This document shows, piece after piece, positions 26,218 through 32,000 of a stretch of 32,000 nucleotides of DNA. The position numbers and the translations under genes are program-made. The stretch's first letter is position 1, and each line of letters starts with the position of its first letter. The DNA comes from Candidatus Saccharimonadota bacterium (lineage in GTDB: Bacteria > Patescibacteriota > Saccharimonadia > Saccharimonadales > UBA4665). The stretch covers positions 973,783 to 1,005,782 of the forward strand of contig CP023991.1 in NCBI GenBank assembly GCA_003516025.1. Direction: 5' to 3'. The notes beneath the pieces were generated by a model. That model did not search any database. It worked only from the letters and a program-made list of their open reading frames with translations, and was not told the DNA's origin.

Positions 26218-26484
26218 TTATTTGACGGTCGCGAGAACGTCTTCTTGTTTAACTAAAATGTACTCATCTTTACCGACTTTGACCGTGGTCTCACTGTAAC
26301 CCTTATAAATAATCCGGTCATCGACTTTAACATCTTTGACATCAGGGCCGACAGCTACAACTTTAACCGTTTTTGGCTTTTCCTTGGCGTTATCTGGCAA
26401 GTACAGACCGCTGGCAGTCTTACTTTCTGCTTCTTCGGCTTGGGCGACTACATAGTCAGCAAGCGGGTGAATAGGTGCACTCAT
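26218..26484 (-). CDS. groES: Co-chaperonin GroES
   Basis: The 88-aa product has the GroES pattern PL.D.V......E...T.SG..LP and sits immediately upstream of groEL. An SD (AAGAGGAG) lies upstream. Confidence 0.95.
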   Translation of the reverse strand: MSAPIHPLADYVVAQAEEAESKTASGLYLPDNAKEKPKTVKVVAVGPDVKDVKVDDRIIYKGYSETTVKVGKDEYILVKQEDVLATVK

Positions 26485-26514
26485 AGTAATACTCCTCTTT
26501 TACGTATTTGTACG

Positions 26515-26541
26515 TTAGCACTTAAGGCTTGAGAGTGCTAA
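26515..26541 (-). promoter_or_regulatory. CIRCE element (HrcA operator) TTAGCACTT-N9-GAGTGCTAA
   Basis: It matches the CIRCE consensus TTAGCACTC-N9-GAGTGCTAA at 17 of 18 arm positions. It lies between the predicted promoter and the groES SD. Confidence 0.9.
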
Positions 26542-26552
26542 CTCATGCACTC

Positions 26553-26581
26553 ATAATAATAAAGGCTTACCTTAGCGTCAA
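26553..26581 (-). promoter_or_regulatory. Promoter TTGACG-N17-TATTAT for groES-groEL
   Basis: The minus strand reads TTGACGctaaggtaagcctttatTATTAT, directly upstream of CIRCE. Confidence 0.6.
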
Positions 26582-26584
26582 TAG

Positions 26585-27052
26585 TCAGAGGATCTTTGTT
26601 ATGGGCACCAGTTGATAGGTAAACAGTTTATGGTCCAGACCGGTAACTGACAGGTCCTGTCGTTGCTCGAGAAATCTTTGATACGTTTCTTGGTCAACTT
26701 TTACGCTGTTATCTTCATCCGGGAAGCCAATAACAAAGAACGCGTCATCTTCTTCGGTAGCCGCGACTGGATTCTGAAAATCCAGATCTACGACAGGCAG
26801 TGACAGCCACAAAGTTTCGCTATTGCCACTAAGCAGCTGTTCGTAGTCGGTAGTCAAGGCAATTGTAGCCAACGGCCGGGGGAACTGTTCATATTGTCCG
26901 ACCCTGAAAAACAAGTAATCGTTTTGGTCTGCCACCACTTTCTTTTCCTGCTCTACTGCTTCACGCAGCCGGTCGCGCAGTGAAAGTAAAGCCATCTCAA
27001 ACTGTACGTCCGGTTCGTGTTCTTTCGACATGGCGTTGGATTCAGCTGTCAT
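26585..27052 (-). CDS. Hypothetical acidic protein (155 aa from the ATG at 27052)
   Basis: The ORF has host-like composition. I chose the ATG at 27052 (MTAESNA...) because the extended -10 box lies 8 nt upstream. The ORF track starts at 27070, inside that box. No domain was recognised. Confidence 0.6.
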   Translation of the reverse strand: MTAESNAMSKEHEPDVQFEMALLSLRDRLREAVEQEKKVVADQNDYLFFRVGQYEQFPRPLATIALTTDYEQLLSGNSETLWLSLPVVDLDFQNPVAATEEDDAFFVIGFPDEDNSVKVDQETYQRFLEQRQDLSVTGLDHKLFTYQLVPITKIL

Positions 27053-27060
27053 TTGTTGAC

Positions 27061-27069
27061 ATAGTAACA
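27061..27069 (-). promoter_or_regulatory. Extended -10 box TGTTACTAT, 8 nt upstream of the ATG at 27052
   Basis: The minus strand reads ataTGTTACTATgtcaacaaATG, with no SD. Confidence 0.4.
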
Positions 27070-27075
27070 TATATA

Positions 27076-27104
27076 TTGCAAAAAACTACCTCGTATTTTA
27101 TACT
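27076..27104 (+). promoter_or_regulatory. Promoter TTGCAA-N17-TATACT driving the high-GC ORF
   Basis: The plus strand reads TTGCAAaaaactacctcgtatttTATACT. A 46 nt AT-rich leader follows, with GGAG 8 nt before the ATG at 27151. Confidence 0.55.
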
Positions 27105-27150
27105 GCAATGGTCCTGTTCTGTTTCAAACGTTCCTTTTGGAGAAACGTTT

Positions 27151-27603
27151 ATGTCTGATCAGCAGCATGGCTCCAACCCGCACAGCTTCGGAAAGCTGAC
27201 CGGCAGCGACCTCAACAAGGAGAAGACCAAGCTCCGCCTGTTCTTCGAGTTCCCGCCCAGCCACCTGGACCCGCGCACCATCCGCACGGCCGTCGCGCAC
27301 ATCCCGCGTGTCGACCCGGGCAGCATCCAGGTCAAGATCAAGGACGACGTCACCGAGCTGTCGCTCGCGGTCTCCATGTCCAACCTGGACGGCAACGGAC
27401 GGCGCCAGGCCAAGAAGCGGGTCGTCACCGACACCCTGCTGGGCCTGCACCGCCTGATCGATAGGACCCGCCCGCACGTCGGCTCATCCACCAAGGAGAC
27501 CGCCGCCGTCACGGTCGGAGCTTCGGCCACCAGGCTCGCCACCCCGCCCAGCAGCCGACCGGCACGGCGCAGCCCGCAGATCGGCCGCCAGCGGCGCAGC
27601 TGA
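27151..27603 (+). CDS. Orphan protein (150 aa) encoded with high-GC (GC3 ~96%) codon usage, foreign to the rest of the window
   Basis: An RBS (GGAG) and a promoter lie upstream. In codons 7-105, 95 of 99 third positions are G/C, GC1 is 61/99 and GC2 is 41/99 (hand count), which is the pattern of genuine coding sequence from a high-GC genome. The last ~45 codons are a low-complexity tail rich in Arg, Pro, Ser and Ala with GC2 above GC1, so the true 3' end is uncertain. No motif was recognised. Confidence 0.6.
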   Translation: MSDQQHGSNPHSFGKLTGSDLNKEKTKLRLFFEFPPSHLDPRTIRTAVAHIPRVDPGSIQVKIKDDVTELSLAVSMSNLDGNGRRQAKKRVVTDTLLGLHRLIDRTRPHVGSSTKETAAVTVGASATRLATPPSSRPARRSPQIGRQRRS

Positions 27604-27687
27604 TCACGGAACACCGGACCGGGGGGGCGCGGCTTGCACCAGTTTCGACATCTTGTCGAGATTGGCCAGCAGGCTGCGCTCCCCCGC

Positions 27688-27771
27688 AGTCCGGGTTTAG
27701 TTTTATTGCAACAGTTATGTTGTTGGCCAACCGCCACCATATCCAAAACACAACAAAACTCAACCCGGACT
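27688..27771. repeat. Long imperfect inverted repeat/hairpin (21-bp stem with 19 pairs, 42-nt loop) spanning the right edge of the high-GC block
   Basis: AGTCCGGGTT (27688-27697) is the perfect reverse complement of AACCCGGACT (27762-27771). Pairing continues inward as AGTTTT/AAAACT and TTG/CAA, with two mismatches. Confidence 0.6.
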
Positions 27772-27783
27772 CTTACTCACTTT

Positions 27784-27792
27784 TGTTACAAT
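27784..27792 (+). promoter_or_regulatory. Extended -10 box TGTTACAAT, 6 nt upstream of the arginase ATG (leaderless-type promoter)
   Basis: The plus strand reads ttTGTTACAATactggtATG, with no SD. The 9-mer is identical to the one upstream of mutM. Confidence 0.45.
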
Positions 27793-27798
27793 ACTGGT

Positions 27799-28740
27799 AT
27801 GTCTATTACCCAAGCCACCCTTATTGGCGTTCCGCTTGATCTTGGCGCCGAGAATCTCGGTGTCGACATCGGCCCTAACGCCTTCCGTTATCAACACCTT
27901 ATCCAAAAGCTTGCCACCGCCGACCTCGAAGTCCACGATGCCGGCAATATAGCCATCGAGGAACGCAAGAACCTGCAACCCGGCAATCCACGGCTGAAGT
28001 ACGCCGCAGAAATTGTCCGCGTTAATGAAGAGTTAGCAGCTAAAACCGAACAGGCTATCCGAGGTGACAATAAAGCCATCGTCCTCGGAGGCGATCACTC
28101 GCTCACCCTCGGTACCGTAAGCGGAGCCTCAGCAGCCGTTGATGGCCAGATTGGCGTTATATATTTTGACGCTCACGGCGACATGAACACCGACGAGACT
28201 ACCATGTCAGGCAACATCCACGGTATGCACCTGGCCAGCCTGATGGGCTTCGGCGCGCCGGAACTGGCCAACGCCTACAAACCAGGCATTAAACTACCGA
28301 AGGAAAACCTGCTGCACATTGGCGCCAGCGATCTCGACCAAGGTGAAATTGACCTTATAGAACGCGAGAACCTGCGGATTTTTAGCCTTTTTGACCTGTT
28401 AACCTCCAACCTCGCGCCCCTGCTCAAAATGATCGACAACCTGGCGGCGCGCGTCCCCCATATCTGGATTAGCCTCGACCTCGACAGTATCGACCGGATT
28501 TACGCGCCTGGTGCCGGCATGCCGAATCCTAAAGGCCTTTCTTACCGTGAGATCGCAACCATTGCTGAATATATTGGTAAAAAGTGTAATGTCGTTGGCG
28601 TGGATGTCGTAGAATACAACCCCCTGCAAGACGAGCACAACAAAACCGCCGAACTCGGCATTGAGCTGATAGCCAAATTCCTTGGCAAAGAATACAGCTG
28701 GTACACCGGCTACATGAGTCGCAACCAGGTCAATGGCTAG
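27799..28740 (+). CDS. rocF: Arginase (ureohydrolase family, RocF-like)
   Basis: MSITQATLIGVPLDLGAENLGVDIGP, VLGGDHSLT, YFDAHGDMNT, SGNIHGMHLA and ISLDLDSID match the manganese-binding motifs, and the layout matches Bacillus-type arginase as I remember it. The start at 27799 aligns with the RocF N-terminus. The ORF-track extension from 27634 crosses the promoter region. Confidence 0.88.
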   Translation: MSITQATLIGVPLDLGAENLGVDIGPNAFRYQHLIQKLATADLEVHDAGNIAIEERKNLQPGNPRLKYAAEIVRVNEELAAKTEQAIRGDNKAIVLGGDHSLTLGTVSGASAAVDGQIGVIYFDAHGDMNTDETTMSGNIHGMHLASLMGFGAPELANAYKPGIKLPKENLLHIGASDLDQGEIDLIERENLRIFSLFDLLTSNLAPLLKMIDNLAARVPHIWISLDLDSIDRIYAPGAGMPNPKGLSYREIATIAEYIGKKCNVVGVDVVEYNPLQDEHNKTAELGIELIAKFLGKEYSWYTGYMSRNQVNG

Positions 28741-28751
28741 GTTGCGCCAAT

Positions 28752-28785
28752 AAAAAAGACCCCGGAATTTATCGGGGTCTTTTTT
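28752..28785. terminator. Bidirectional rho-independent terminator between arginase and the convergent 88-aa gene
   Basis: The sequence is AAAAAAgaccccg-gaatttat-cggggtcTTTTTT, a 7-bp GC-rich stem flanked by an A-run and a T-run. Confidence 0.85.
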
Positions 28786-28798
28786 ACATGCAAATGGT

Positions 28799-29065
28799 TT
28801 AATTCGCGCTATGGGCTCCGCCATTTACGGGGCCGCTCACATCCTGCTGTTCAGCAAACGCCTGCTGCACTTCAGCAGCTGGCGCAATTGAGCCGTCACT
28901 TAAGCCCACTAAGGCATTATGACCAATGTTAGCGGCGCCTTCACGGCGCTTCTGGGCTACTTCGGCGCGCAGTTCCTGCAGCGCCTGAGCATCTGCTTCG
29001 CTGTGTACGGCTGCTTCAAGATCTTCGGCAGCATCTAATTCTTTAAACATTTCTGACTGATTCAT
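28799..29065 (-). CDS. Hypothetical small acidic protein (88 aa)
   Basis: An SD (AAGGAAA) and a predicted promoter lie upstream, and a terminator lies downstream. No domain was recognised. Confidence 0.6.
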   Translation of the reverse strand: MNQSEMFKELDAAEDLEAAVHSEADAQALQELRAEVAQKRREGAANIGHNALVGLSDGSIAPAAEVQQAFAEQQDVSGPVNGGAHSAN

Positions 29066-29102
29066 TTTTGGTTTCCTTTTTTGTTTTGTGAACCTGATTA
29101 GT

Positions 29103-29131
29103 ATGTTACCACATGATTATGTTTTTGTCAA
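29103..29131 (-). promoter_or_regulatory. Promoter TTGACA-N17-TAACAT (TGG extended -10) for the 88-aa gene
   Basis: The minus strand reads TTGACAaaaacataatcatgTGGTAACAT. The -35 overlaps the stop codon of the upstream gene. Confidence 0.45.
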
Positions 29132-29451
29132 TAATGTGATTCAGAATTGTCGATACGATCAACCATGCGCATAGCTGCAAAGCCGCGCAGTTGCGTACGG
29201 GCAAGATTCAGTTCACCCAGAAAAAACTGGTAGTCAGGATCAGTATCAGGGTCAAGACCTTGTGCCTCCAGGGCACGGCGTACAGTAGTGTTCCTGCCTT
29301 CCATTTCCTGCACTTTATGTAACCAGTCTTCGTGTGTCTGCAGCGGTGCATACTCAGGAGTTTCAGCAGTAGGTTGTACATCCGGTTGATACGCCGGAAT
29401 TTCTTCGGAAAAATCAGGTTCTTGGCTACGTTCAAAATATTGTTCTGACAT
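29128..29451 (-). CDS. Hypothetical acidic protein (107 aa from the ATG at 29451)
   Basis: The ORF has host-like composition. I prefer the ATG at 29451 (MSEQYFERS...) because TATAAT lies 9 nt upstream. The ORF track begins at a GTG at 29469, inside that -10 box. Confidence 0.6.
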   Translation of the reverse strand: MSEQYFERSQEPDFSEEIPAYQPDVQPTAETPEYAPLQTHEDWLHKVQEMEGRNTTVRRALEAQGLDPDTDPDYQFFLGELNLARTQLRGFAAMRMVDRIDNSESHY

Positions 29452-29460
29452 ATAGCTCTT

Positions 29461-29489
29461 ATTATACACTACTTATGCTATTTTTGCAA
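29461..29489 (-). promoter_or_regulatory. Internal promoter TTGCAA-N17-TATAAT overlapping the 3' end of the murE-like gene
   Basis: The minus strand reads TTGCAAaaatagcataagtagtgTATAATaagagctatATG. Confidence 0.5.
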
Positions 29490-30818
29490 TAGCTGTAATG
29501 CTTTGCGGGCCGTGCCGATCTCATCCCATGGGTTTTCCCCATTCGCCCGTTCAATAGTCTTTTCGTGACCCTTGCCCAAAAGCAACACAGTATCGCCTGG
29601 CTTGGCGCGCCACATGGCAAATGTAATAGCTTCCGTACGGTCATGTACCAGGAATAAGTTCTGGTCGCGGACCTTACCGGCCATTTCAGCACCCCCGGCA
29701 ATTTGATTCATGATGCCCAGACCGTCAATATCGCGGTCATCTTCTTCGGTAATTATCACTTCGTCAGCATATTCACCGGCCAATTTGCCTTGCACGGCCC
29801 GTTTGGCCTCGTCTCGGCGGCCGGCCGAACCGAATAACACTATCAGTTTACCGGTTTTATGCGCTACTGGTTGTAAATCTTTGAATAACTTTTCGAAACT
29901 GTCAGGCGTATGGGCAAAATCTACAATTACACTAAAGTCCTGGCCCTCGTCGATAGTGGCCATCCGGCCCTCGACCCCCGGCAAAGCGGCGATCCCCTGC
30001 TCTATCTGCTCATCCGTTAATCCTATTGATATCCCCACCGCTGCCGCGGCCATGGCGTTGGATATGTTGAATGTCCCGGGTATATTGATCTTCAGACGCA
30101 AGGTTCGCGCTGCGCCTTTGTTCCAGAACTCAGCGGTAAACGAACTGCCCTGCGGCGACTGTTGAATATCTTTTGCCAAAAATAGGTTGTCACCAATTTC
30201 AGTATCACCCCCTCCTGTCGTGTAATTAACGCTGTTCGGGACGGCATCAATAAAGTACTCTGCGTTTGGGTCATCACCATTGACGATCCCGAGCCGCATG
30301 CCCTGCTTATTCTTAGCTGCCAACTTAAACATCTTTACTTTGGCATCACGGTAGCGCTCGAAAGTCTTGTGATAATCCAAGTGCTCGTGAGTGATATTCG
30401 TCATAACGGCGATGCTGTACGGCACGCCCCACACCCGGTTCTGAGCCAGTGCGTGCGAGGTAGTTTCTAAGACCAGCCACTCAGCCCCCTGCTGCTTCAT
30501 TTCTTTCAGGCGCTTCATAAGTTCCGGCACACCGACAGTGGTCATATGGTGGATCTGAGGATGGATGTCCATACCCACTCCATAGGCCACGGTGGTCATC
30601 AGTCCGACTTTGTAGCCCGCCTCATACAACATGCGATGGATAAGGTAGCTGGTGGTAGTCTTACCGTTCGTACCGGTAACACCTATAATCTTCATGCCGT
30701 GGGCCGGAAAGCCATTGATGGTGTTCAGGACTACCGCTTCTCCAAAGTGGCCGTAAGGCTCAATCATCGGAAACAGTCCAGTTGGTATAACTTTTTTAAC
30801 CGTTTTACGTATATTCAT
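29478..30818 (-). CDS. murE: Mur ligase family protein, MurE-like (UDP-N-acetylmuramoyl-tripeptide synthetase) with a short N-terminal domain
   Basis: The P-loop GVTGTNGKTTT is followed by a central domain (MTNITHEHLDYH) and a C-terminal domain (DFAHTPDS, GSAGRRD). The P-loop begins at aa ~46, versus ~110 in E. coli MurE as I recall it. The amino-acid specificity cannot be called. Confidence 0.8.
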   Translation of the reverse strand: MNIRKTVKKVIPTGLFPMIEPYGHFGEAVVLNTINGFPAHGMKIIGVTGTNGKTTTSYLIHRMLYEAGYKVGLMTTVAYGVGMDIHPQIHHMTTVGVPELMKRLKEMKQQGAEWLVLETTSHALAQNRVWGVPYSIAVMTNITHEHLDYHKTFERYRDAKVKMFKLAAKNKQGMRLGIVNGDDPNAEYFIDAVPNSVNYTTGGGDTEIGDNLFLAKDIQQSPQGSSFTAEFWNKGAARTLRLKINIPGTFNISNAMAAAAVGISIGLTDEQIEQGIAALPGVEGRMATIDEGQDFSVIVDFAHTPDSFEKLFKDLQPVAHKTGKLIVLFGSAGRRDEAKRAVQGKLAGEYADEVIITEEDDRDIDGLGIMNQIAGGAEMAGKVRDQNLFLVHDRTEAITFAMWRAKPGDTVLLLGKGHEKTIERANGENPWDEIGTARKALQLLQK

Positions 30819-30838
30819 ACGTATCAGTATAACTGACG

Positions 30839-31945
30839 CTAGGACAATATCTGACGAACGCGCTCCAGCAGCCGTTTCGTATCGTCGTTGGGCTGTACGG
30901 CCGGAGATGGTGGCTGAGGAACATTCGGACTGGCCGGATCCGGTGCCGGGTCGGGAGTTGCCTGCGCTTCACCGCTGAGACCGGTAATAGCAATTCGACT
31001 CATACTTCGAACGGCAACCGGACGAGCGATCGTTGCAGCCTGCCGCGGTTCCCGTTCCTGCAGTTTTTTAGCTGCCTCGCGGGCCTCCGCAGCCTCACGG
31101 TGGCACCGTAATTTAGTAGCGACATCATGCCTGAAAGCCTGGAATGCGGCAGCGCTGGTGCCGAAATCCTGTCTGATTTTTTGCTGTTCACGTTCAGTCA
31201 GCACCAAGAAACGCTTAGTGGGTTTCGCGCCGTCTAAAGTAAAACCACGATCATTTTTATAGCGTTCACGGTGTTGCGGAGCTAATTCACTGGTGAAATC
31301 AAACGCCAACAGCTGCCGTTCGTGATCACGTACGGCGCGTCCGTCAATACGGCCGTTCTTATCAGTTATTAAATCATCCTGCCTCAGTTCGGCATTAATC
31401 GCTATCCTGGCACGGGCCTGCTTTTTAGCCCGCTCAAGGGTTACCTGGGCTGGCTCGTTTAACTGTCGGCGATGGCGGCGCACGAACGCCCGGCCGTCCC
31501 GGCTTAAACCGTCCAAACCGGTGGCTGTGGCAACATTTTTATAATCAGCAAGGTCGGCCGGTTCAATCCGCCACCACGACTTATCGGTTCGCCGGATAAT
31601 TTCCTTCACGAGGTCAGCGTCAAGTTCACGCTTGTTCTGGTCTTTAAATATATCAACCTTTTTCCTGCCCTCATCGGTATCGACCATGCGGGTACCATGG
31701 GTTACCTTGCCTAAGACATCATGTTGTAAGGCCTGTAACTCAGCCACTGATGTCGGCGGATTTTCCAATAATGACTCGTGGGCGTCAACTAAAAACTGGT
31801 TCGGAGCGCCTTGCTGTTCCTGATGCTCGGCGGCGGCCGTGCCGGAAGCCGGCTCCCAGCCTACAGGCATACTGTCCTGCAGCGTGGTGTCGTATCGGTC
31901 TAAAGATGTGTCGCGCGGTTGGCGCCGTCGGTCTCCGGGATGCAT
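30839..31945 (-). CDS. Hypothetical highly charged protein (368 aa)
   Basis: It is a long ORF with a strong upstream promoter. The product is rich in Arg, Glu, Asp and Lys, has no TM helix and has a Pro-rich C-terminal segment. No domain was recognised. Confidence 0.65.
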   Translation of the reverse strand: MHPGDRRRQPRDTSLDRYDTTLQDSMPVGWEPASGTAAAEHQEQQGAPNQFLVDAHESLLENPPTSVAELQALQHDVLGKVTHGTRMVDTDEGRKKVDIFKDQNKRELDADLVKEIIRRTDKSWWRIEPADLADYKNVATATGLDGLSRDGRAFVRRHRRQLNEPAQVTLERAKKQARARIAINAELRQDDLITDKNGRIDGRAVRDHERQLLAFDFTSELAPQHRERYKNDRGFTLDGAKPTKRFLVLTEREQQKIRQDFGTSAAAFQAFRHDVATKLRCHREAAEAREAAKKLQEREPRQAATIARPVAVRSMSRIAITGLSGEAQATPDPAPDPASPNVPQPPSPAVQPNDDTKRLLERVRQILS

Positions 31946-31968
31946 AGTATACCTACTTAATTATCCAC

Positions 31969-31997
31969 ATTATACTATAAAGTAACCATTAATGCAA
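31969..31997 (-). promoter_or_regulatory. Promoter TTGCAT-N17-TATAAT for the 368-aa gene and the murE-like operon
   Basis: The minus strand reads TTGCATtaatggttactttatagTATAAT, followed by a 23 nt leader. Confidence 0.55.
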
Positions 31998-32000
31998 TAC

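Noticed and set aside
27155-27606. CTGATCA occurs at both ends of the high-GC ORF (27155-27161 and 27600-27606). I considered it as possible insertion-site duplication.
   Set aside because: The GC-rich block extends ~90 nt beyond the second copy, so the repeats do not bracket the anomalous segment. A 7-mer repeat at this distance can be chance.
27124-27763. Three long minus-strand ORFs (117, 195 and 84 aa) covering the high-GC block.
   Set aside because: Open antisense frames are expected in ~69% GC sequence. The 195-aa frame shares third positions with the + ORF but has GC1 below GC2 over 27166-27465, and its translation is rich in Arg, Trp and Cys, as out-of-frame reads typically are. The + frame is the better coding candidate. 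Only for the last ~135 nt before 27600 is the strand assignment truly ambiguous.
27634-27798. A 55-codon upstream extension of the arginase ORF. Separately, a 57-codon upstream extension (26980..27150) of the high-GC ORF.
   Set aside because: Both extensions cross intergenic or promoter sequence, and the 26980 one crosses the divergent gene. They start at non-ATG codons and lack homology to the family N-terminus. Arginase aligns from MSITQATLIGVP, and the orphan ORF has an RBS at its ATG at 27151.

Overview
Compact, gene-dense bacterial chromosome segment: about 34 protein-coding genes, roughly 50% G+C by eye, most on the minus strand, with tiny intergenic gaps and several convergent genes whose stop codons touch or overlap (1096-1099, 2903-2906, 18724-18729). 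Most content is housekeeping: a partial trehalose-6-P synthase/phosphatase fusion, mutM, polA, the dnaG-rpoD pair, orn, argS, a PGI/PMI-type isomerase, groES-groEL with a CIRCE operator, arginase, a murE-like ligase, msrB, mscL, an HxlR regulator divergent from an FMN reductase, and an LPXTG sortase substrate. I saw no rRNA, tRNA, CRISPR array, transposase or integrase, and standard stop codons fit all long ORFs. The gene set and compactness fit a small-genome organism with a Gram-positive-type envelope, possibly Patescibacteria/Saccharibacteria, but that is inference only. Four things stand out. (1) A ~0.55 kb block of ~69% G+C (27165-27697) encodes a 150-aa orphan protein with extreme GC3 codon usage. 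It sits behind a resident-looking promoter and RBS, directly upstream of arginase. (2) A ~4.8 kb low-GC island (12215-17050) carries two translationally coupled genes: a processive GT2 synthase and a 1092-aa fusion of a polyprenyl-phosphate GT2, a GT-C/PMT-like membrane domain and a GH5 mannanase-like domain. (3) About a dozen genes have a -10 box (often the extended form TGnTAnAnT) only 6-9 nt upstream of the start codon and no Shine-Dalgarno, which suggests widespread leaderless mRNAs. (4) The DnaG zinc-binding motif has all four metal ligands substituted. All GC values are hand counts, and no database search could be run.
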